The notes under the pieces were generated by a model that ran no database searches, was not told the DNA's origin, and saw only the letters and a program-made list of their open reading frames with translations. The translations under genes and the position numbers were made by a program. From positions 19,747 through 83,746 of the forward strand of contig JABMNL010000023.1 of assembly GCA_013204585.1 (NCBI GenBank): a stretch of 64,000 nucleotides of DNA. Direction: 5' to 3'. Source of the stretch: SAR202 cluster bacterium. GTDB taxonomy: Bacteria > Chloroflexota > Dehalococcoidia > Lucifugimonadales > UBA3495. Shown here in pieces: positions 34,101-41,701 of the stretch (its first letter is position 1; every line of letters begins with the position of its first letter).

Positions 34101-35423
34101 ACTCATACCCTGCACGTAGATGGCCACTGGTTTAGGGTTGAACCCAACAGTGAAACTTCGCCTCCGGTCAGCACGGTGCACATCGGAATATCCGAACGCT
34201 ACGACTTAGCCATTCCCAAGGCCGGTGGGCCGCAGAACATGGCTGGCGATTACCTTTATTCCAACGGCCGGGCCTTTAAGCTGCGGGAGGGCAGTTGGGG
34301 TTTAATACGTGTCTACCAACCCGACGCGGAAACCGCATTACAGGCATTGCCTGGTCGTGTTCCGGTACCAGCGGCTGACCAAGTATGTCCGTCCAACGCC
34401 CCTGCTAAGCAATTTGAAGTTTCCGCAGTGGATGTAGCCCTGCCCATGCTGGGCGGCGGCCAGGGCAAGATATTCGTGCTTGACCAGCAACGTACGGCTC
34501 TGTTGGACGATGAAATTAAGGCCGAACCTTTGGTGCTGCGGGCCAATGTGGGCGACTGCATAGCTGTCCGGCTAACCAACCTTACCGAAGGCCCAGTGTC
34601 ATTCCATGCCGACAACCTGGCTTACGACCCCATGGAATCCATGGGCATTGCAGCGGGATTCAACCCACCGCAGACAACTGCGCCGGGCGAGACCCGTACC
34701 TATATTTTCTACGCTCATCCAGACATCGGCGAGACTACAGCCATGGTTCGAGATTGGGGCAACGTGCTTGAAAATCCTCGGTTGGGCCTCTACGGCGCAA
34801 TTATCATCGGCCCGAAAGGCGCGGCCTACACCGACCCGGTATCCGGAGAAGATATTTCTGCTGGCTGGCGGGCCGACGTTCATCCGGCGACCGGCGACAG
34901 TTACCGAGACTTCGCGATATTCATGCAGGACGAAGACGAAGTTATTGGCACCCACCTGATGCCCTATAGCGAAAATGTTGCCGGAGTGTCAGCGCTGAAT
35001 TACCGGCTCGCCCCCCTAGCGCCGCGTCTGCTCGCCAACCCCAATCCGTCGCTGGCCTTCGACCCGGAAACCCACGGCAACCCGGCCACGCCGTTGTTAG
35101 AGGCCTACGTCGGAGATGGGGTGCGGCTGCACGTCCTGGTTCCCTACAGTGAACAAGCGCAGGTGTTCTCTCTGGACGGACATCAGTGGCCGCTGGAACC
35201 TGGGCTGGAAGGCTCCAACCTGCTTAGTTCTGTTCAGGTAGGTGCGCTTGAAGCCATCACCGTCATCCCCCAAGCCGGTGCCGGAGGCCGGTCCGCGCTG
35301 CCCGGCGACTATCTCTATGGTGACCACCGCGAGCCCTATCGCGAAGCTGGCTTGTGGGGATTTTTTAGGGTGTACGGCAAGTCCCAAGCAGGGGTTCCGC
35401 TAAGGCCGTTGCCAGGTAGGTAG
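31137..35423 (+). CDS. giant lipoprotein multicopper oxidase, three tandem two-domain modules (about six cupredoxin domains)
   Basis: 1428 aa with lipobox LVVACGA. Module 1 has all four MCO motifs: FHLHG, HYFHSHG, HVHHVHG and HCHVAQHYVAGMWM. Module 2 has LHIHF and YFHDHV but no HCH. Module 3 has none intact. Each module opens with CP(S/N)xA(P/T)x(R/K)(E/Q)F and ends with GDYLY...WG..RVY. Confidence 0.85.
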   Translation: MALTRTLPPVSVLAVLLTVLLATLTLVVACGAESGGPSPASSESASPTPHPDDGHDDEATPGGHAGDEGLVLRPQAEESVYAAARCPSDAPVREFNVAAINVEISLNRFLDYDPLGRMYVLEDELSRAQAEEAQNRAARADLAEPAVSIGLQGDAIQPLTIRVTQGDCLRFNLRNALNNGESASFHLHGSGLQLTSNGTAAVASNSASVAKSGETVGYEWMVPRDQPEGTHYFHSHGDTREQTAHGLFGAVIVEPHGAEFLNPSNGQELRSGWAAVIRNPDGSDFREFAIYYHEIGNEAFTIENKLGSTGFSLAGGRAVPFVDEFTGAYKPGGRAINYRSEPFMNRMELQFNETGVFDPALAYSSYTFGDPATPIARTYLGDPVKQRVIHGGSEVFHVHHVHGGATRWRRQPAAEPTSFDSGFDKNPDLVPQTTARTDSQTVGPSESFDLEHECGSGGCQESVGDFLVHCHVAQHYVAGMWMIWRVQNTLQTDLISLDGLSSLAELPDRNGSIKPAVTSEQLLGTTVDWKGLTFQIDETNLGEWVERQLPPQGIPQKLDASVLNWAKDGYLYLNEPNTTKKWPGYDPPNPGVRPPLYFDPATGKLAYPFLRPHLGRRPPFAPNHGPAPFLEPIRQGTNTPRPGENGPGSLCPNGATAREFAIHAIELPITLNQQANLVDPVGQLYVLKEEEDAVRADNARKQPLAIRANAGEDCVDVVLKSELRDTGENHFYSKTNLHIHFVQFDIQGSDGVDTGFNYETSVRPFKVEGEELVEPALAGASSVELRSARRFQSGALVGVGMDQDESFEIRRISSVAGNIVSFDEPLEFAHSKKEIVSTEFVRYRWYPDVQFGTAYFHDHVSALTSWRHGLFGALISEPPGSTYHDPKTGEEVRSGPRVDVRTEAVLSDDIEGSFREQVLFIQDDNPLTNVGLSSGSSMNLRVEPLDQRGGDPSLLFSSEEHGDPETPLLEANLGDPIVIRGLVAAANDTHTLHVDGHWFRVEPNSETSPPVSTVHIGISERYDLAIPKAGGPQNMAGDYLYSNGRAFKLREGSWGLIRVYQPDAETALQALPGRVPVPAADQVCPSNAPAKQFEVSAVDVALPMLGGGQGKIFVLDQQRTALLDDEIKAEPLVLRANVGDCIAVRLTNLTEGPVSFHADNLAYDPMESMGIAAGFNPPQTTAPGETRTYIFYAHPDIGETTAMVRDWGNVLENPRLGLYGAIIIGPKGAAYTDPVSGEDISAGWRADVHPATGDSYRDFAIFMQDEDEVIGTHLMPYSENVAGVSALNYRLAPLAPRLLANPNPSLAFDPETHGNPATPLLEAYVGDGVRLHVLVPYSEQAQVFSLDGHQWPLEPGLEGSNLLSSVQVGALEAITVIPQAGAGGRSALPGDYLYGDHREPYREAGLWGFFRVYGKSQAGVPLRPLPGR

Positions 35424-35540
35424 GCCCCACAAATCCCCGTCTTGTGTTCGCAGGCAGGCTCGGCCATAATGAGGGCCAATATTTGCGAGGGCTCTCTGGG
35501 CGCATTCCCGAGCCCATTTTCAGGTAAACGGAGGTCCATC

Positions 35541-36026
35541 ATGGACGAGGACGCCAAGAAGACAGCACTACGCATGATTCCCTATGGGATGTTCGTGCTG
35601 ACCAGCAAGAGCAAGGACGGCCAGGACATTGGCGCGGCCACCGTCAACTGGGTCACGCAGACGTCGTTTGCGCCTCCGTTAGTCGCAGTGGGAGTCAAGG
35701 GTGACTCGGGCAGCCATGCCCACATTACCGACACCGGCGTGTTCGCCGTCAACGTGATTGGCAAAGACCAACTCAATACTGCCTTCAACTTCTTCAAGTC
35801 CCATGAGCGTGTTGGCGATTCCATCGGAGGCGAGGCTTTTGTGGCTGGTCCCGAAACTGGCTGTCCGCTGCTCACCAACTCCCCCGCTTGGTGGGAGTGC
35901 AAGGTGGTTGGTAAAGTCGACCACGGCGACCACACGCTGTTCGTCGGCGAAGTCCTGGAAGCTGGCCTACGCAGCGAGGACCAAACGATCCTAATGCGCG
36001 ACCACAACCTAAACTACGGCGGCTAA
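35541..36026 (+). CDS. flavin reductase-like (FMN-binding split-barrel) protein
   Basis: Start moved to ATG 35541 after GGAGG. ALRMIPYGMFVLTS ... AATVNWVTQTSFAPPLVAVGV ... GDHTLFVGEV. Confidence 0.8.
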   Translation: MDEDAKKTALRMIPYGMFVLTSKSKDGQDIGAATVNWVTQTSFAPPLVAVGVKGDSGSHAHITDTGVFAVNVIGKDQLNTAFNFFKSHERVGDSIGGEAFVAGPETGCPLLTNSPAWWECKVVGKVDHGDHTLFVGEVLEAGLRSEDQTILMRDHNLNYGG

Positions 36027-36160
36027 CCAACGCAGTTGGGTTTTCATGGGGATTGGTTGTTAGTCTGGTTTTAGGGATTTTCCGTGCTTTGTTTTTGGGT
36101 AGGGGAACGGTCAGAAGAACTTGAAATTAATAAACACTCCGAAAGGGAGGGTTCCATCCA

Positions 36161-37342
36161 ATGGTAGATCTTAGGCGTGCGGCCGCGATTGTCGGCATTC
36201 ACGAGCACATCACCCGGTACGCGCCGGACAAAAGCGAATTGCAGATTCAGGGCGAAAGCATCATCCATGCCTTGGCAGATGCTGGCCTAGAGAAAAAAGA
36301 TGTTGACGGCCTGTTCTGCGCCTCAATGTCGGTGCGTAGCAGCGGCCTGAACCTGGCCGACTATTTGAATCTCTATCCCAAGATGGTCGACAACACCACT
36401 GTGGGCGGCGGCTCCTTTGAGTTTCACCTCTCCCACGCGTTGAACGCCATTCACGCTGGCCGCATCAATTGCGCTGTCATCACCTACGCCACCCAGGCTC
36501 GGTCGGGTGGCGTGTCGGTGGGCACCGGCGGCATCAGTCGACAGGGGCATCCCCGGCTCGACCCGTCGCCCGATAGTTTTGAAGAACTCTACGGTCTGAC
36601 AACCGTCGGCCTGTACGCCATGATTGCCCAGCGGCACATGCACCTTTACGGCACTACCTCAGAGCAGTTGGCCGAGGTTGCAGTAACCATGCGCAGGCAT
36701 GCAGGGCTCAACCCCGAGGCGTTATTCCGCGACCCAATTACCGTGGCAGATGTGATGCGATCCCCGGTGGTATCTACTCCGCTGCACCGCAACGACTGCT
36801 GTGTCATTACCGACGGCGGTGGCGCGGTTGTGGTGGCCTCGCCAGAGTTGGCCCGCAACTGCAAACAGACCCCGGTATGGGTAATGGGCGCGGGAGAAGC
36901 GGTGGCCCACCAGGGAGCAGGCAAGCGCGACCTGATGTACATCGCCGCCAAGCAGAGCCATGTGCCAGCCTTCGAGATGGCTGGCGTCACCCACAAAGAC
37001 ATCGACATGGCCATGATCTACGACTCCTTCACCATCACGGTGATTGAGACCCTCGAAGACCTGGGCTTCTGCGAGAAGGGCGAGGGCGGACAGTTCGTTT
37101 TGAACGGCCGCATCGGCTTGGGCGGAGAGCTTCCCATCAACACCGACGGCGGTGGGCTGTCTTCGAACCATCCCGGAATGCGGGGTCTGTTCCTGTTGTT
37201 GGAGGCCACCCGCCAATTGCGCCATCAGTTCGAAGGAACCGAGCGGCAGGTACCAGACTGCAAAATTGCTTTGTGCCACGGCACCGGCGGAGCATTAGGC
37301 TCCCGTCATAGCGGCGGCACAGTTATCTTGGCGAGGGACTAG
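36161..37342 (+). CDS. thiolase-fold protein (SCP-x/DitF-type, non-acetoacetyl thiolase)
   Basis: 393 aa with IVGIHEH, NTDGGGLSSNHPGMRG and CHGTGG near the C-terminus. It is followed 2 nt later by its usual DUF35 partner. Confidence 0.8.
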   Translation: MVDLRRAAAIVGIHEHITRYAPDKSELQIQGESIIHALADAGLEKKDVDGLFCASMSVRSSGLNLADYLNLYPKMVDNTTVGGGSFEFHLSHALNAIHAGRINCAVITYATQARSGGVSVGTGGISRQGHPRLDPSPDSFEELYGLTTVGLYAMIAQRHMHLYGTTSEQLAEVAVTMRRHAGLNPEALFRDPITVADVMRSPVVSTPLHRNDCCVITDGGGAVVVASPELARNCKQTPVWVMGAGEAVAHQGAGKRDLMYIAAKQSHVPAFEMAGVTHKDIDMAMIYDSFTITVIETLEDLGFCEKGEGGQFVLNGRIGLGGELPINTDGGGLSSNHPGMRGLFLLLEATRQLRHQFEGTERQVPDCKIALCHGTGGALGSRHSGGTVILARD

Positions 37343-37344
37343 AC

Positions 37345-37752
37345 ATGACTACTTGGAACAAACCCCTGCCCACGGTGAACGGCGAAACCAAGACCTTCTG
37401 GGATATGGCCCGGCGAGGCACCCTGCTGATTCAGAAGTGCGACAACTGCAATGAGTACCAGTGGTACCCACGGGGCATCTGCTCCAACTGCTGGTCCGAT
37501 GGCGTTCGGTGGATACCGGCATCGGGACGTGGCACCGTCTGGACCTTCACGGTGACCAACCAGAACCGAACCCCCGGCTTTGATACTGGTCCCTACGTTC
37601 TGGCCCTGGTGGAACTGGAAGAGGGTGTCCGCATGTTCACCAACATCGTGGAATGCGACCCCAAAGATGTGACCATTGGCATGGCCGTGGAAGTGACCTT
37701 CCAACAAGCCAACGCCCAGATTTCCGTTCCATATTTCAAGCCCGCTTCTTAA
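37345..37752 (+). CDS. DUF35 OB-fold / zinc-ribbon protein (thiolase partner)
   Basis: Rubredoxin-like CDNCNEYQWYPRGICSNCWS followed by an OB-fold segment. Confidence 0.8.
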   Translation: MTTWNKPLPTVNGETKTFWDMARRGTLLIQKCDNCNEYQWYPRGICSNCWSDGVRWIPASGRGTVWTFTVTNQNRTPGFDTGPYVLALVELEEGVRMFTNIVECDPKDVTIGMAVEVTFQQANAQISVPYFKPAS

Positions 37753-37778
37753 ACCGTAACGTAGCGCAAACAAAAAAA

Positions 37779-37813
37779 GTAGGGGCATCCCGATTAAATC
37801 GGGATGCCCCTAC
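37779..37813 (+). terminator. type-A GC-rich hairpin (GTAGGGGCATCCCGAT...) after the DUF35 gene
   Basis: gtaggggcatcccgattaaatcgggatgcccctac, preceded by A7 and followed by tttcgttt. Confidence 0.7.
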
Positions 37814-37832
37814 TTTCGTTTCAGACCGACTT

Positions 37833-37860
37833 GTAGGGGCGGGTTTCAAACCCGCCCTGC
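37833..37860. repeat. type-B palindromic element (GTAGGGGCGGGTTTCAAACCCGCCC)
   Basis: gtaggggcgggtttcaaacccgccctgc. Confidence 0.85.
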
Positions 37861-37927
37861 TCTGGTTCAACCCTTCTTGTCGTGTATGCAAGCATCCTGC
37901 CACAGACAACTGCCCTTGATAGCAAAC

Positions 37928-37953
37928 AGGGCGGGTCACAGACCCGCCCCTAC
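37928..37953. repeat. type-B-variant palindromic element
   Basis: agggcgggtcacagacccgcccctac. It has the same GGGCGGG/CCCGCCC arms and CCCCTAC end with a different loop. Confidence 0.75.
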
Positions 37954-37984
37954 GTTGTCGATAACCGTGTTGCTATACGATGGC

Positions 37985-39523
37985 TCAGTCGGCCAGAGCG
38001 CCCACTGCTGCGATAGATTCTTGCTCTTGAAAGTACACTTGCTCCGGTTCTGTTTTCGCCGGAAGCCACGTCTCTCTGAATTTAAGTGCGATAACGCCAA
38101 AGGCTAGTACCATGCAACAGGCCGCGATGCCGATTGCTATTGGAGCCCCCAAGAATTGGGCGATCAGGCCAGCCGCTATCCCTCCGAACGGCGAGACGCC
38201 CCAGTTGAGCATGTAGAGGCCTGTTACTCTCCCTCTGAGGTGGTCGGGCACATTGGAGGCGACGGCCGCTTGGCACAAGACGTAAAAGGACATTAGCCCG
38301 GCGCTTATCAGCATCAGTGCGGGGAACGCCAATTGAAACCAGGGGTTGAAGGCGAACCAGACCATGCCTGCGACCATCATTAATGCGCAGACCGGAAGTA
38401 GTGAACTGCCGCTGCGGGCGTGAGCCCATGAAGCAACCACCACAGTCCCCAGGGTTGCGCCGGCCCCTACTGCGGCCAACAGCGCGCCCAGTCCGGCTGC
38501 TCCCAGGTGGAATCTTTCTGCCGCCATTACCGGCATCAGACCAAAAACGAAAGGCGTAACCAGCAACGATGGCACAGTTGCCGCGAATATTAGTCCCATG
38601 ACGGCAGGTTGAGTCTGGACATATCCCAAGCCTTCCCGTATCCCGGATAGGGCGGACCGAATTTTCAACGGAGGCAGCTGGACCTTTTCAAGGCGGAGCG
38701 TCATCGCCATCGCCGTGGCCAACAGCAACAGTCCACCCTCTAATACGAATCCAAAGCCTGCGCCAAGAATCGCCATCACAAAACCCACAGCTGCGGGGAC
38801 AGCCAACCTGGTGATGCTAAAAGCCATGGAGTTTAGAGCAAAGGCGTTCAGAAGATTTTCTCTGGGCACCAAAGAGGGAATCAACGACATCCTAGTGGGA
38901 TCGGCAAATACCCAGCCAATACCCATGACCCCGGCGAATAGGAAAACAGACCACGTGGCGGCAACCCCAAGGAGAACAATCGCGGCGAAGCCCAGCGCCA
39001 GGGTTGCTTGGCAAACAAAGATGGTGATTAACAACCGGCGCCGGTCCCAACTGTCAATCAACATCCCGCCTAGAGGTCCGGCCAGCAACACTGGCAGAGC
39101 GTCCAAGCCCGAAACCAGACCAGTCATGAAGGGCGAATTGGTCATGCTGTAAATCAGCCAGCCGATGATTAACTGCTGGGACCAAAATGCTGCGGCGGCT
39201 GCCACAGTGGTTCCCCAGAGCATTCTAAAGTTGCGCGACCGGAACGAATCAAAAGTGTGTGCTCGTAGGCGTAATGGATGGAAATAAGGATGCCATCCGG
39301 GTGGTACATGTGGGTGCCAAACACTCGGAATTTGGGGATGCGGCAGGCGCGGCACGCTGAGGTGCGGCAGATGGATGCGCGGCACTCGGATGTGTGGTGC
39401 GTGGCGATGGGACCGTCCGGGTGGGCGGCCATTGGCACAGGGCTGTTCTTGCTGCAGTGTTGTACCGGGAGCCAGAGCGAATTCAGGGTCTGCTAGGCAG
39501 GTATCCGATGTGGTGTCTTGCAT
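37985..39523 (-). CDS. MFS transporter with a ~95-aa His/Pro-rich N-terminal extension
   Basis: About 12 predicted TM helices start after SFRSRNFRMLWG, a typical MFS N-terminal motif. No in-frame start codon lies between that motif and the His/Pro-rich region, so the extension is probably translated. The exact start is uncertain. Confidence 0.75.
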   Translation of the reverse strand: MQDTTSDTCLADPEFALAPGTTLQQEQPCANGRPPGRSHRHAPHIRVPRIHLPHLSVPRLPHPQIPSVWHPHVPPGWHPYFHPLRLRAHTFDSFRSRNFRMLWGTTVAAAAAFWSQQLIIGWLIYSMTNSPFMTGLVSGLDALPVLLAGPLGGMLIDSWDRRRLLITIFVCQATLALGFAAIVLLGVAATWSVFLFAGVMGIGWVFADPTRMSLIPSLVPRENLLNAFALNSMAFSITRLAVPAAVGFVMAILGAGFGFVLEGGLLLLATAMAMTLRLEKVQLPPLKIRSALSGIREGLGYVQTQPAVMGLIFAATVPSLLVTPFVFGLMPVMAAERFHLGAAGLGALLAAVGAGATLGTVVVASWAHARSGSSLLPVCALMMVAGMVWFAFNPWFQLAFPALMLISAGLMSFYVLCQAAVASNVPDHLRGRVTGLYMLNWGVSPFGGIAAGLIAQFLGAPIAIGIAACCMVLAFGVIALKFRETWLPAKTEPEQVYFQEQESIAAVGALAD

Positions 39524-39802
39524 TTCCTAGATTGGCCGTTTTGCTCGGTTCCCAGGCTGATTTTTGCAGCCGCTCTTGGAACTTCGAGGATCCGGCGATT
39601 TAAAATGGGACTTCGCTAATGGACGGCGCCGATTGGCCGACGGTCGATAGCTAAATATTCGACCGCGTACCCACGCTTAAGGATGCAGACATTACACTTG
39701 CATCGGTCTGATAAAATGGTTATGGAAACACCAATTAGTTTGAACACATTAGAAATGTAACATGTGTTTTCGCTAATGCATAGCCGCCCAAAGGATGAAT
39801 TT

Positions 39803-40129
39803 ATGGCCAAGTGGACTTTCATTACAAATCACGGTTCCGTGTTGGCGCTGGTGGCCCAGCATCCGAGAATCACAGCCAGGGAAATTGCCGCTACTTTAGG
39901 GATTACCGAGTGGTCGGTTTTCCGGGTAATGTCGGACCTCACCGAAGATGGATACGTGACTCGCTCTCGTGAGGGACGAAGCAATGTGTACGAAGTGGAC
40001 CATGACCTGTATCTGAGACGACCGGAGCTGGTGGAGGTAGTTGTGGGCGACTTGTTGAAGGTGATGGAGGATATTAAGAGACAGCCGGGTTCTGAAGAGG
40101 AAATGGAGGCCGGTCAACAGGTTTCCTAG
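39803..40129 (+). CDS. winged-helix (MarR/ArsR-like) transcriptional regulator
   Basis: Start moved to ATG 39803 (AAGGA RBS). PRITAREIAATLGITEWSVFRVMSDLTEDGYVTRSREGRSNVYEV. It is divergent from the MFS gene. Confidence 0.7.
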   Translation: MAKWTFITNHGSVLALVAQHPRITAREIAATLGITEWSVFRVMSDLTEDGYVTRSREGRSNVYEVDHDLYLRRPELVEVVVGDLLKVMEDIKRQPGSEEEMEAGQQVS

Positions 40130-40145
40130 TTTGGGTTAGATAAAG

Positions 40146-40182
40146 AAAAAGGGGCGTCCCGATTAACCGGGACGCCCCTTTT
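40146..40182 (+). terminator. type-A GC-rich hairpin after the regulator gene
   Basis: aaaaaggggcgtcccgattaaccgggacgcccctttt. Confidence 0.75.
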
Positions 40183-40205
40183 GTATTTTGGAATCCAATT
40201 GAATT

Positions 40206-40233
40206 GTAGGGGCGGGTTTTAAACCCGCCCTAT
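40206..40233. repeat. type-B palindromic element
   Basis: gtaggggcgggttttaaacccgccctat. Confidence 0.85.
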
Positions 40234-40239
40234 TTGGGT

Positions 40240-40596
40240 TCAACCTTCCTGTGACTGTATCCGTAATTCCTGGCACTTATCATCGTCGGCCTGGGCCAAT
40301 TCCGGTTGGTCGCTGAAGATGTAGACCAAGGAACGCTGGGCGTAGTAGGAATCGGCGGTCGGGTTCAATTCAATAGCCTTGGTTAGGTCGGCAATCGCGG
40401 CGTCGTGTTTTTCCACCTCATACCAAGAGCAGCCCCGGTTGTAGTAGCCGTCGGCGTACTCAGGGTCCAATTCAAGGGCCTTGCTGTAGTCCTCAATGGC
40501 CCGGTGGTAGACGCCGTTGCGACTGTACCGGTTGCCCCGGTCCATAAACCCGGCGACGTCGGTGGGTTCTGCTATATGTTTTCGTTGAAAGGCCAT
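40240..40596 (-). CDS. TPR-repeat protein
   Basis: Three TPR units, e.g. YHRAIEDYSKALELDPEYADGYYNRG and HDAAIADLTKAIELNP. Confidence 0.8.
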   Translation of the reverse strand: MAFQRKHIAEPTDVAGFMDRGNRYSRNGVYHRAIEDYSKALELDPEYADGYYNRGCSWYEVEKHDAAIADLTKAIELNPTADSYYAQRSLVYIFSDQPELAQADDDKCQELRIQSQEG

Positions 40597-40629
40597 ACGG
40601 TTTCCAGTTCAGCTGACTCGATTTCATGC

Positions 40630-40667
40630 GTAGGGGCACGGTCCCGATGCAATCGGGATGCCCCTGC
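40630..40667. repeat. type-A hairpin, bulged variant
   Basis: gtaggggcacggtcccgatgcaatcgggatgcccctgc. The left arm carries a 3-nt cgg insertion. Confidence 0.8.
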
Positions 40668-40691
40668 GGTGCAGGCGTTGTGTAAGTCCCC

Positions 40692-41483
40692 TTACATCAC
40701 CGAGCGGACGAGGCCCCCGTCTACGAGGATGGTGGTACCGGTGATGTAGGTGGACTTGTCTGAGGCTAAGAAGGCGACCAAGTTGGCCAACTCAGCAGGC
40801 TCTCCCACTCGGCCTACGGCTGTTTCTTTGGCCCTTAGTGCTAAGCCTTCCTCCACGGTGATGCCCAATTCTTTGGCTCGGGAGGTCACGTTGGAGAGCA
40901 TACGCTCGCTTAGGATGGAGCCGGGGCAGACGTTGTTCACCAAGATGCCGTCCCGTCCCACCTCGTCGGCCAAGCTCTTGGAATAGGCAACGACTCCCAT
41001 CCGGGTGGCCCCGGAGAGGGCCAGGTTGGGAATCGGGTTGTAGACCGTGCTGGCCAGGATGTTGATGATGCGACCACCGCCCCGAACCTTCAGGTGTGGA
41101 ATGCTCTCCCGGCACATACGGCCAAAGAAGATTAATGACCGGTGGACTGAAGTCTCCCATTGTTCTTCGGTGGCGTCGGCGGCGCGGGCCAGGGGCGGCC
41201 CACCGGAGTTGTTGACCAGTATGTCTAGTCCGCCGAACTTCTCAACCGTAGCGGAAATCAGCCCGGTGATGGACTCAAGCTTGTCCAGGTCGGCGGCATA
41301 GGTCATTACCTCAGCGCCGGTGGATTTGCGAATCTCATCGGCCGCTGTCTCTAGGTCGGCGGCGGTGCGGCTGCAAATGGTAATGTTGGCACCCTCTTCA
41401 GCCAGAACCTGTGCGCTGGCCCGGCCCAGCCCCTTGCTGGCCCCGCCGATGATGGCAACTTTCCCTTTCAGTCCCAGGTCCAT
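40692..41483 (-). CDS. SDR-family oxidoreductase (FabG-like)
   Basis: [23 protein letters not shown], and catalytic context YSKSLADEV (Y-x3-K). Confidence 0.88.
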   Translation of the reverse strand: MDLGLKGKVAIIGGASKGLGRASAQVLAEEGANITICSRTAADLETAADEIRKSTGAEVMTYAADLDKLESITGLISATVEKFGGLDILVNNSGGPPLARAADATEEQWETSVHRSLIFFGRMCRESIPHLKVRGGGRIINILASTVYNPIPNLALSGATRMGVVAYSKSLADEVGRDGILVNNVCPGSILSERMLSNVTSRAKELGITVEEGLALRAKETAVGRVGEPAELANLVAFLASDKSTYITGTTILVDGGLVRSVM

Positions 41484-41701
41484 GGTGCAATGTCCTTATT
41501 AACCCCAACGAATTGGAGTCTAATGCTCGATTTGGGTCTGCCCGGTGAATCCATTGGTGGGGGCAGCAACGGGGATTATAGCAGGCGGTTTTGCCCTGGC
41601 CTAGTATTCACCTAGCTGTGGGCCAGCCGGGGGTAATTCGAATGCTTAACGGAGGCGGGAAACTGGCCCCATGCTATACTGAAAATCCCCTCGCCGCCCC
41701 G

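Noticed and set aside
37653-37939. ORFs of 88 and 67 aa containing VGASRLNRDAPTF and VGAGFKPAL
   Set aside because: These peptides are simply translations of the type-A and type-B palindromes on either strand. They are not genes.
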